DNA of 56,626 bases, filler included, from Asterionella formosa (lineage: Eukaryota): the NCBI GenBank assembly GCA_002256025.1. It is 6 parts of 6 records of this genome, joined end to end, with 100 filler letters (N's around TTAATTAATTAA, not from the genome) between each part and the next. Parts side by side here need not be neighbours in the genome. Positions count along the whole stretch, not along the records: positions 18,946 to 28,298 come from NKIB01010752.1; positions 28,399 to 37,745 come from NKIB01010768.1; 4 more parts are not named here. One strand, given 5' to 3'. A model generated the notes under the pieces. It was given only the letters and a program-made list of their open reading frames with translations. It did not search any database and was not told where the DNA came from. The position numbers were made by a program, and so were the translations under genes. Positions within the stretch are counted from its first letter, which is position 1, and the number at the start of each line of letters is the position of its first letter. This document shows, in pieces, positions 22,489 to 33,252 of the stretch.

Positions 22489-23928
22489 ATGACTACGTCG
22501 TCCGTGGAAGTTAAATACAACGGCTCGGGCGCCGTCGAGAACCCCGTTCGGACGCCTGTTCCGCTGACTTCGTTGGCTGAGGGCAGAAAGGACAAAGTGA
22601 ATGATGGCGCCGACGATGATAACTCTATGGAACGAATGGAAGTTTGCGCCTTGGATGCGGAGTCAGGAAAATGGTCCTGTCACCCATATAAACGAGACGT
22701 CTTCGGCGACCAAATCCAGCAAGCGAAAGCTAATGGCACGTCCAAATACGATGCCACGTTAGATTCGTTGGCTAAACTGGGAGTCCAGGTGTACGTGGTG
22801 GAAGGATCGTCCGACGATATTTTGGGAGATATTCTCGAATTCGTCCACCAAGTGGCCAAGGAGAATCAACGCTCAGCGACGGCATCGGATCCTCGAACAC
22901 ACCAACGATGCATGCTGTACCAGGACGCCGAACGACGACTTTTTAATCTAGTTCTGCAGCCTCATGCCGTCGGTCCCGCATCGGAATATGCATCCATGTT
23001 GGAATCCTTCAGTGGCGCTCAAGCAATGGTGGCTCTGGTCGTCTTGTGTAGGAGCTTCTCGTGCGCCTTTGAAGATGACATTGGTCAACTGAAACCTGCC
23101 CTATTGTCCTTGATTTTGGGTTTGGTGCTGAATGTTGAAATATCGCTCAGTTGGGTAAATACGTCAATGTTGGTTAGAGCCATGCCATCCATATCCGCAT
23201 TTACGTTGACCTCCAAACTGGAATCTGATTGGATCCGGAAATTGATGGTCTTGATACTTGCCATGGCAGGAGCCGCGACAGGCTATACACAGAAATACAT
23301 GACATTGTTGGGTGTCACCGTGGCCTGTTGGATTCTGTTGGCCAATTTAGGTTCCAGAGCATGGTACTTTCTCAAGTGGAAACCATTGGGCTACAATGGG
23401 CCGTTTGCAACTCTCCTGGCATACATAGGTGCTGTGTTGACCGGGTTGTTCTTGCCATACATGGGCCACCGCGAAATTGAAGCAGGCGGCAAACGAGCCC
23501 TCGAAGCTGTGGTCATTTCGGCGCTTATTGTGGCATCTTTTTTTTGCATTTCAGATATTGATGAAGTACAGAGATTCCTTGTCGTTGGATCAGACTCGTG
23601 TCCTCAAGACAATGTCAATATGATCATTGGAACGTGGTGGATGTTTACGTTATTCACAAGTGTGATGCTGGTCTTGAAGATTCAACCATATAGACTTCGG
23701 CCAAAAGATGACGAACCTTTCTTGGTCCATGATTCAGCATCACCTGTGGGATACAAGGTTCCTAATCTGCCCGACTATATTGTTGATCCAGTTTTGTTAC
23801 AATTGGATCGCTTCCCCTGCCCGTTGCAATGGGAGGTAGTGATTAGCCTTGTTTTGGGGATTGGTATTGGCGGAGGAATGCTATATCTCGCCTTCACAGG
23901 CTGGGACAATATTATCCCAACTAGGTAG
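22489..23928 (+). CDS. Uncharacterised multi-pass membrane protein
   Basis: 479-aa ORF with a soluble N-terminal ~175 aa followed by several hydrophobic segments. No family recognised. Confidence 0.75.
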   Translation: MTTSSVEVKYNGSGAVENPVRTPVPLTSLAEGRKDKVNDGADDDNSMERMEVCALDAESGKWSCHPYKRDVFGDQIQQAKANGTSKYDATLDSLAKLGVQVYVVEGSSDDILGDILEFVHQVAKENQRSATASDPRTHQRCMLYQDAERRLFNLVLQPHAVGPASEYASMLESFSGAQAMVALVVLCRSFSCAFEDDIGQLKPALLSLILGLVLNVEISLSWVNTSMLVRAMPSISAFTLTSKLESDWIRKLMVLILAMAGAATGYTQKYMTLLGVTVACWILLANLGSRAWYFLKWKPLGYNGPFATLLAYIGAVLTGLFLPYMGHREIEAGGKRALEAVVISALIVASFFCISDIDEVQRFLVVGSDSCPQDNVNMIIGTWWMFTLFTSVMLVLKIQPYRLRPKDDEPFLVHDSASPVGYKVPNLPDYIVDPVLLQLDRFPCPLQWEVVISLVLGIGIGGGMLYLAFTGWDNIIPTR

Positions 23929-24397
23929 TAACACCAAGAACCTTTCATTTTGTGTATTTCTGTGTTCATGATCAAAAAGAGATTTTGAATTCATCCTCAT
24001 CACTCATATTATGTGACTGACTCGTTCAAATCTAACTGAAAATAACAAAAAACTGAATGTAACATAGAAATACGAAGACATTGTTCTGTTGCAACCTATA
24101 CATGATCTAGTATATACACACAAACTCAATATCTAAGCGTTAGATACTGCCTCAATTGATGTGAAACGAGAGATTGTGCTTCCTTTTTTTGATTTTGTCT
24201 CTATTTTGCGAGAGGCGGGTGGTTTGCCAAATTTCTTTTCCTTCTGATAATCGTTTCAATGACGATATTATTTTTTGAGCATGCGCTGATTCATGACAAT
24301 TAAAAAATTCCTCCCACAGGGATGACTAGTCCGTCAGTCGCCACACAAGGCAGATAACACATATATACTTCCAAATCCTATCCCTCCTACTTGTTTC

Positions 24398-26903
24398 TCA
24401 ATTCATGACCACACTCTTCAACCAAGTATCAGCTGTATTCTTCAAGAGTACCTCCTCTTGTTCATTGAAGTCCCATAGCTTTTGTTCCAATCCTGCATTT
24501 ATCATATTCACAGCAAACGTTTTAAAATCACGAACAGCATCGACACGACTTCCAGCTCGTTCCCAAATCTGCTGCACAGAAACAGCATCATGCTTGCGAA
24601 AGCCTTGTGTGAATGTGTTGGGAGGTAAGCCACTCATTGAGAAGTTATCCACGGGGTGCAACGCCGAACGGTATTGTTGAAATTCCATGGCCAAGGTATC
24701 ACAAGATGAGAGAAGGCGTAATACCTTGCTACATAAATCAGGAGTGTCCAAGGGAGGAGTAGACATGCAAAAGCCAGCAATTGCTGCAGTTGCGACATCG
24801 CTTTTTGCCAAGAAAAGGTTAGTCACCTTCTCGATTGTGACCACATTCTCAACCGGAGCTTTGGAAAATACTACCTTCTCTGATTGGGTTGGAGTAAATA
24901 CCTCCGATACTACGCGGCACATGTACTCCTCCTCACTCGTCATGCTGTCATCGCCGTCCGTCACTATGCCTGTCACACTGGCATGACTACTATGACGAAA
25001 ATTTGTGGCATCGTACTCATCGTCATATGTGATCAAACTGCGATAGTTGTGTCCCGACGCCATGACGGTTCCTCCACCCAGAGAAGGCGGAGTCACGGAA
25101 CCAATTCTTCCTCCTCGGGCACGAGTTCCGCGCTTAGCCTTTTTGGCGTATTCTTCTAATTTCATTGCCACTTGAGACACTACGTGGGACTGCACACGTC
25201 GTTCCGTGCGTTCATCACGTTCAACATCCGAAGAAACCAAAGGTTCTGCCTCTTCTTCATGAACGACCGGGGGACGATCCGGGCTCACCATGGACAAATC
25301 GACATTGTCCTCCACAATAGACTTTTCCTTTGGAACCCGACGAGGTTTCTTGGAATCCGTCGCGCTGCTCATTGGTAACGACATTCGTTTCTTCAGAATA
25401 GGCTTTGGAGGTGCCGGTGTCACTGCCTCTTCTGGATGGGGCTCTTCCTCGGCACTGTGATAACTAATTTCCAAGGACGACTCATCAGTATGGTCTTCGT
25501 CATCGCTATTCTTTCTCGCCTCATCAACGTCCTCGCCGTCTCTAGAAAATCGATTCTTCCTACCATCAACTCCAGGACACGTTCGTCGTCGCAAGAGGTG
25601 AAGATCTTGTGGCTTGTCACGATGAAAGAGACGATGCCTATAGATCCAAAAGGTGCGTTCACGATTGACTTTACGGAAATTGTAAAAGTTGAGCTGCCTA
25701 ACCAAGGATTGAAACCGTGAATGCCGGAAGTAGTGAGGCAAAGTTTCGGATTCCAGCCTTTGCAAGTCAGCTCCAATCCTAAAGGCGTCTCCTGATGGAG
25801 TCCACTGTGTTGATAGTAAGGTAGGTAGTAGTACCGAATAGTGGGAACGAGAGCAAAGAAGGGTTAGTACCTTTATGGTTGTTTGGGTTGACTCACTAGG
25901 ATCGACGAGTATATTTCAAAATCAGGGTCGGCCGGTTTCAGACGAATCTTGCATTTTACGGCGAGTATAGTATGTTGTGCAAAAGTAGCGAATCTTTCTC
26001 ACCCCATAACCTCAGCTGGCCTATAGGGCAGCCGCTCGTTGATGAGAACACCAAAGGGCTAAAAATGTCGCACGGTGTATCTCTTCAAAACAACGGACGA
26101 TATGTACTGCGAACTGCAATAGCGCAATCCGTATACAAATAAGAAATAGTCCACGTATGCGAATCGTAGCTTATGAGAGCGATGACCGCGACGATGAGAA
26201 AAAATGCGACAGCGAAGTCAGCCAAAGCCTCTCGAATCCAGTTCCCAACAGCCACCTCCCACTTATATATACAACAATCAATCGATACATTGACAACATT
26301 GAAAACGAAAGCGCACGATCGGAAGAAAAGCGAATGAATAGAATGTCATGAAAGTCCCGTGTTCTTTGTGGGTGGCCCATCCGTCCAGCCATCGGAGGGC
26401 GAGAGTAACGAGACTCCATCAATCGACGGCTTCATCAAGAGGCCTCCGTGATTCCATGAGACAGTAGGTGCGCCATTGAACATGAAAACATTATGAAGGG
26501 TTGCATTGGTCATCACAGAATCTCGGGTAGCCACGAAAGAACAAATAATCATTCATTGGAGGAGCTGACCAGATGCCACAGACAATGGCCCTTCTTCACT
26601 CTTCGTAGCTCCGAAACTCTCGGGGGAGTGCCAAGCACCGAGTCTCATAGCATGTTGAGGACGCATCACAGACAAGCAGGAGAGATAAAAAGTGTCCTGA
26701 AACTCTCATCCCGACAGGGCACGAGACGAAGTTGGGAAGGCAAACAGATTCGATTCATTCGTCTTTCCAAAACGGAAATTACAAGGACTCACCGAAATAA
26801 CTTCGTCTGGCGCTCCATTCACCATTTGATATAGCTTCAGGATGAATCCCGACGGTACACCCGCAGCTTCCTTGGTGGATTCATTCAACGCCGAAGGAGC
26901 CAT
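24398..26903 (-). CDS. Heat shock factor (HSF)-type transcription factor (exons 26903-26793, 25804-24398)
   Basis: Splicing joins FILKLYQMV..EVIS to WTPSGDAFRI..LPHYFRHSRFQSLVRQLNFYNFRK..HRLFHRDKPQDLHLLRR, a complete HSF DNA-binding domain. The intron is phase 0, GTGAGT..CAG, at 26792-25805. Confidence 0.93.
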
Positions 26904-27284
26904 GATCGCATTGTCTTTTTTCTTCTTTCGATATTGTGTGTCCAATCAGGAATGAGAACGCACTATATATTATACCGGGAGATGCGGCAAGAAGGTCTGC
27001 CTTTGGCCGGCGAAAAATTGGCTGGATTCGGCCTTGCCATGTACCGGTGGCTATTTACATACCGGTATACTGGTATATCATATCATATGTATTAATTATA
27101 GACAGACCCTACATCTGAGCGTACTGGTAGGTATCGGTCGTCGTCCTTGGATGTGTGGGTGCTATCGCTCGTTTTCCGATAGGAGGCGGCCTTTCGAAGT
27201 AAGGCTACAGCTATTATTCCCTACTCAGCTTCGGTACCGATAATCCTGTCCAAAACCTCTTGAGGAAAATGGCTATAGGGTAGA

Positions 27285-27515
27285 TAGGGTACCAGATACC
27301 TGGTGGTAGACTACTGGTACCAGGTACCGTACCGGTGCTCATACAATACCAGGTACTGGTACCAGGTAGACTGCCAGGGTACCGGGGTACAACGGCGACT
27401 CGGCGACAGTAGCCTACCAGGTACCGGTATGTAGTATACCGGTAGGTCCATACGAGGATTATATAGCAAGGAGTATCCTGTAACGATCTACTGGAACCTG
27501 GTACCAGGTACCAGC
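27285..27515. repeat. Low-complexity cluster of GGTACC/ACCGGT/CCTGGTACCAGG motifs
   Basis: Dense run of ggtacc, accagg and accggt words. Confidence 0.7.
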
Positions 27516-28205
27516 AACGAATTCATATCATCCGAACAGGCCTCGTGACGACGCACCTTGCGGATCCCCCCAAGAAAATGCAAAGGATCCGCCCGCCCCC
27601 TCAATTGTGACTTTCCTCACCTTTCTCCACATCCGGGTTCAAAGTAGGGACTTTGTCTCCTGCTATACCTAATTCCTCGTATGGTGCCGTATATTCTAGT
27701 TATTACCGCTACCTACCTAAACCTGGTAGAGTATGGTAGGTTGAGTACCTGTTACATGGTACACGGTACATACCATGGTGGCTTGCTTATTACCTATGAC
27801 CGGTACCAGGTACCAGGCACCACCTAAAAACGGCTTTGAACCTCCATTTCACTACTTTCGATCGATTGGTACAACTAAACACTGAAATACTCATTTCAAT
27901 CCTCTTATTAGACATCTTATTAGATGCTCCAGATGTTAATGAGAGGCGGGGGATTATGATTGGACAAACAATTCAGCCAGATTCCATTGAAAACAGAAGA
28001 TATGAATGTACATCTAAGCCGCGTATTACGTGAAGTGACCATCACGTAAATAAGCCTAGTTGATTTTGAATGCATCACATGAATTAGTTGAATACATCAA
28101 AATACGTAGTTGAACATGTCTATATATTATCTGAATACATCACGTTAAATATTTGATCAAAGTATCATGCATGCATTCCTGATCATCACTATATTATGTG
28201 ATCAC

Positions 28206-28298
28206 CTTCACATAATTATTTGAAATACTTCACATAATTATTTGAAATACTTCACATAATTATTTGAAATACTTCACATAATTATTTGAAATACTTCA
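28206..28298 (+). repeat. 22-bp perfect tandem repeat (CTTCACATAATTATTTGAAATA), 4+ copies, cut by contig end
   Basis: Four identical units plus CTTCA running into the gap. Confidence 0.95.
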
Positions 28299-28398
28299 NN
28301 NNNNNNNNNNNNNNNNNNNNNNNNNNNNNNNNNNNNNNNNNNTTAATTAATTAANNNNNNNNNNNNNNNNNNNNNNNNNNNNNNNNNNNNNNNNNNNN
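28299..28398. other. Artificial contig-joining spacer
   Basis: N44-TTAATTAATTAA-N44. Confidence 0.98.
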
Positions 28399-29817
28399 AT
28401 GTGGTTGAGAATAAGTATCTTCATTGCTTTGGTCCATCTTTCTTTGTCTACTTCGCAACAATTATGTTAAAGTATGTATTGCCATTAGTGGAGACCAAAA
28501 TGCAATGCATTCAAGATTTAATTGCCTTTCTTTTTTCCTTCCTGCAAAGATGTTTACAAACAGAAATTATAGTGGTACATCAAATATGTTGAGCCCACTC
28601 AATTTCAGAAATGAATTTGCGTGGGTTCATGTTCCTGTTTCAACAAACAATAAAGGAGGACCCACATTCCCCATAATATCAATCTTGTATCCTTGATTTA
28701 TGCAAGGCATTCTCTTGTCAACACGAAAATCAATCCTCTCAATTCCAAGACTCTCTTATCAATTGTATCATTTTAAATTTCTTCCAAATGGATCAAATCC
28801 TTCTTGTACTTTTTGTTGAAACCTATAGATGTATTTCTCCTTTCCTTGTTTTTTGGTTGAAACTTGTTGTAGACAGTACTCACCTCGGCAAGCTTTCGGC
28901 AATTCTGACAAATTGCCACTTCATGTTCAGACATGGCATTGGATTTATGCTGATGGGCAAGTATTACCTTCAGTGCCTTGCTTGTTAGTATTGTTATCAT
29001 TTGTCATGTTTCTTTCTATTCTTCGTTCTCCCTTCATCACTGAAAATCAATTGCAAGTTTCCAACAAGCTCATGGAACATGGAACGAATGGTACTACAAA
29101 TGTAAAACAGCCAAGTCCTTGTCGTTTTGCTTGGTGACGCTGGTTCCTACCAGTACGATAGTTGACAATTGCCCATACACACATGATACTTACGTAATTT
29201 GCATCGAAGCGCATAACACAGATTCCATTAGGACAACTACCGGTACTACGTGTGTAAAATGCCACGAGAAAACAGCTACCAGAAAAAAACGGACGTTCGT
29301 CCGGTATTCCCCTCAAATGATCAAACTTCACTCCAAGTTCAACATAGTAGTACTATATATACCGTGTTAAATTATAAAATGGGAATGAACGGAAGTTCAG
29401 ACTTCGGCCCTACTGTCCGAACATTTCTAAGAAAATCAGCATAAGTGTCTGGTAGATGTCTGACGATGATCTTCACTATTACTTCAACCGAGAAATCACT
29501 AGCTTCACCGTGTTCGTCTTGATGATCAACAGTTCAATCATTTTCTCAAATACCGGACGATTGTCCGTTGGAGGTAAACGGAATCCTGGTACTTTGTCCG
29601 GTACTGTAGAAACTGATGATGTTTGTGAGGGATGCACCAGCCGTTTCTATTTGAGTCTTGTATACTAAGATATTCATCGCTCAATAGTTTACCGGGAATA
29701 GTACCGTTATACTGGTGCAAAACAAATATCATCCACAGACGGGTACAGCCGTAAACCTTCATCTTATGACTTCTGGACAAATTATGTAATCGCTGTTTTT
29801 ATCAGCAGAAGCGCGAG

Positions 29818-31269
29818 ATGACAAAGTTGATAAAGTTAAATGGTGGTCATCGAACGAGCAACAGGACAATTCCGCTTTCTACGAATGCAGCCTTTCATCA
29901 TTCCGTTTCGAAAATAGAGTGGTTTGAGACAGAGAAAGGATACTATGGACTAAACATATTCTCAACATGCCCACGGCCATACTATTTTGCTCGCCTAACA
30001 GGACCTTCTTTGGTAGCTACGCAACGAATGATGCACTACAATTACTCGCAGGGTGAACGTCGAAAGTTTGAAGATGTGATTTATAGGGAAGGAGCCAATA
30101 GTATGCAATATCTTCGGTCGGTTTCATTCTCTTTGATCGAAAAGAATACTATGCTTTTGTCGGTCCTGGAGTTCTTTCCAGTCCATCATGCAGGTTTTTA
30201 CTTCCTTGAGGTATTGCATATTTCTTGCAATTCAACTGATGAGTCCCTGGTCACTGACTGCTTGCCAAACTCGCTTGACTTCCTCACGTTGAATGAGGCC
30301 TTCCATATTGAACTGGGCGCATCAAGCAAAAAATTATCAAGCCCAATTCGTTGGATTCGTCAGAAGGACAAGTTGACGTTGAAGAAAGGTATTACCACAA
30401 GAATACAACTTGGTAACACGTCACACAGCAACATCTGGTTTGACAAATACAACATGACAATACTGGACCTGGTCCAGTATCCTCATGGAAATAATTGCTC
30501 AATTTGCCTTATTGGGGCAAGTCACTCTCGAAAAATGAAACAAGCCATGAATATGTTGTTTGAAACGAAGCAACGATCCTGCCATGCTTTTCACTTTGAT
30601 GTCAAATTCCCACAGTCATACATGAAAAGCGTCTCGAAAATAAATGGCAAAATCAAAAAACATAAATGCACTGATGTCATTGTAGCTATCGGTCAATGGG
30701 CTCTCTCTTGGAAGAACGGCAATCACTTCCAGAGTTCACAAGATTTTAAGCGTCATATGAATAACATTGTGGATTCATTTATTGTAAATCATCCTGACAG
30801 GGGGTTGACGTTGCGAACACTCCACTATCATCCTTTATCTGACATTATTTTGACTTGCAAACCTACCGATTGGCGCTCCCCTATGCTGGTGGATACGTAC
30901 AACGAAATTATTATGCAGATTGAAGAAAGTCATCCAGGCTTTCAAGCGAGCAACAATTTGAATTTAATTGACACTTCAGAAGTTGTACGTCCCATTTGGG
31001 ATACACCTGATGATTGGAGTCACTATGGAATGAAAGCTGGTATACCCGAAGCAATTTACTTACTAAATCATATCTGGTCACCAAAGGAGGTGCTACATCA
31101 GGAGATTGGTTTTACCAAGAATGATACTTTTTATGGTTTTACCCTTGGTGTGACGATCGGTGTTGTGGTTTGCATTCTATTGGTCATGGTGTATCTGGTT
31201 GTGAAAAAGGAGGCCCAAATGAAGCGGAAAACCGCTTACAAGGGGTTACCAGCAGTATCATTTGAGTAG
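29818..31269 (+). CDS. SGNH/PC-esterase (NXPE-like) membrane protein; true 5' end may lie in an upstream exon
   Basis: ICLIGASHSR (GxS block) and DWSHY (DxxH). An Ig/filamin-like stretch (YFARLTGPS..GFYFLEVL) and a C-terminal transmembrane helix. Confidence 0.65.
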   Translation: MTKLIKLNGGHRTSNRTIPLSTNAAFHHSVSKIEWFETEKGYYGLNIFSTCPRPYYFARLTGPSLVATQRMMHYNYSQGERRKFEDVIYREGANSMQYLRSVSFSLIEKNTMLLSVLEFFPVHHAGFYFLEVLHISCNSTDESLVTDCLPNSLDFLTLNEAFHIELGASSKKLSSPIRWIRQKDKLTLKKGITTRIQLGNTSHSNIWFDKYNMTILDLVQYPHGNNCSICLIGASHSRKMKQAMNMLFETKQRSCHAFHFDVKFPQSYMKSVSKINGKIKKHKCTDVIVAIGQWALSWKNGNHFQSSQDFKRHMNNIVDSFIVNHPDRGLTLRTLHYHPLSDIILTCKPTDWRSPMLVDTYNEIIMQIEESHPGFQASNNLNLIDTSEVVRPIWDTPDDWSHYGMKAGIPEAIYLLNHIWSPKEVLHQEIGFTKNDTFYGFTLGVTIGVVVCILLVMVYLVVKKEAQMKRKTAYKGLPAVSFE

Positions 31270-31503
31270 GAGTATTTGATGTAAAAAATAGCATAGTTGA
31301 TTCTTGCTTTTTCACATCATGACATACAGTATTGCTGAAATATAAGATTGATCATTTGAAGCTGTGGTAATCCAAGACAACCAGGTACATAAACACAGTG
31401 TGTCTGTACAGTGGTCATGTGTAGGTAGACAATGGTCGAAGATTAGACCTAGATCTATAAGTACGACCTACCGGTACACTGCTGAAAGGTTGTTACATTG
31501 TTT

Positions 31504-31823
31504 AAGGCAGCACACAACCGAGGTGGTATTATGCCTGTGAGTACACATGTGTTCGAGGCTGGGTGGGTGCAAGTACGTTGACCATACAAGTGCCCCCCCC
31601 CCCTTTCAAGCAAGAAGGCAAGGCAAGTAGCCGCGAAGAAGGGTATTGTTGAGGCAATTCCCACTCCAGCTAACGTCTTACCATTCAGGTACTTCTAAGT
31701 AATCTATAGGCTCTAAGTAATTTCTTAAGTAAATTTTACTTAGGGGCAATATGGGGCACATCGAACTTTTCGGCATTAAAATTGCAGATTTTAGCATGAC
31801 AGCCAGAATAACGGTAATTAACA
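31504..31823 (+). repeat. Dispersed repeat copy B: decayed hairpin, GAAGAAGGGTAT, then a putative short LTR 31647-31823 (TGTT..AACA)
   Basis: The 5' part is homologous to 17167-17390 and the 3' part to 42162-42324. Confidence 0.8.
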
Positions 31824-33252
31824 TCATCACATGAGAAATAGAAAATCTTCTTTTGGGTTAGAAATGAAGTAAAAAATGAGTTTCAGTGGAGATGTATGCA
31901 TTGTTGTTGTAGTTGTACTTACACAGCAGCAGGCAACATTTACTTTGTTCCATCACACAATCGAAGAGAGAAGTAATACAGAAAAGAACGAAAAAGCTGA
32001 ACCCAAGCAATTGAGATCTGCATCGTTGTGTAGTGTAGATAATCTGGTTGCTGCCACCATGCACACATCTGTAGCTAGCCTGACACAAGTAGCAGGAGTC
32101 GTGCTTCCGCCCACAGTTATTCCTCCCACCAGACACAAACAACCCTGATCATTCCATGATTCCATTCCATTCTATTCTGAGCAAACACGATCGCCAGGCT
32201 GCTCCACTTTTGACCTCTAGCTGAATATTGAGACATAGATTGTGATACAAACTCAATACATTGTCAAGGCCGACAAATCCATTGACAGGACATTTAGGGT
32301 TAGCAAATGGAACCCAGATTCAAGAATTGGTTAATTTATCAGGAATAGATTTTGGGTACTCTACAAAGTCTTCAATTGCATCTGCAGGTACTATTCAAGT
32401 GAAGCTGATACCAGGCTTAAGAGCGACAATAAGGGACTCGCATCACTCATTGTCTTAGTAGCAACAATGCGAATTCTGGCTAGGGATGATGTACCTTTCG
32501 ATTCACTTGAGGAACTGGAATCAGCAGGAGAGAAAAACAATACCAACATGATCTGAAGGAGACATTCCCACCCAGGTAAGTTTGCAGACTTGGCCAACGT
32601 GATTGCATCCATTTGCTTGATTCTTCACTTTAATGATGTCTGCCAATGTCATTGTATCAATGCAGCTCTCTTCCTCTCATTAACAAGATCCACAATTGTT
32701 GATTGCTTTCATTCCACTGCCTGCCTCTTCACATTCTTCCTTGGAGGATCACTACTGGGTTCGAATTCCTTGGGAATTGAAAAATTTAGTACATTTCCAT
32801 AATGGTAGTCTAATAGAAGGCTATGATATTCTTGATTACATGATATGATGTGTAATAATATCATGATACCTGCAACATATCGGTACCTATTCTTATGTTC
32901 TGAACGTACGTTCATCCATCCGTGATATGTCCCGAATGAGTCCCTGCCACCAAAATAACTTTCATCCTCCTCGTTCGGTCATCAGCCATCGGCAGCAAAA
33001 TGTACACCGCCAGTAACGGTATGCTGATTTCGAGTCATCGAACTGCCCATTCCCAACATCATCGTCGTTATTATCCTTTCTCCTGTTATTACATACCGCC
33101 TCATCTCCATAATACATATGTATGTAAATCAGTATACTCATAAAGTGATTATAATCAAGCAAAGGCGAAAAGTAACAACTGCATTTTAACTAAACAGGAA
33201 TTGCCATCACCAACCCACCCTACGAACAATAACAAACCAAGGAGAATCAAAA

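Noticed and set aside
28206..28298. CRISPR-like array
   Set aside because: The units are contiguous with no spacers and no cas genes; it is a minisatellite.
28399..29100. Possible decayed coding or transposon remnant
   Set aside because: The frames are riddled with stops and no motif is identifiable.
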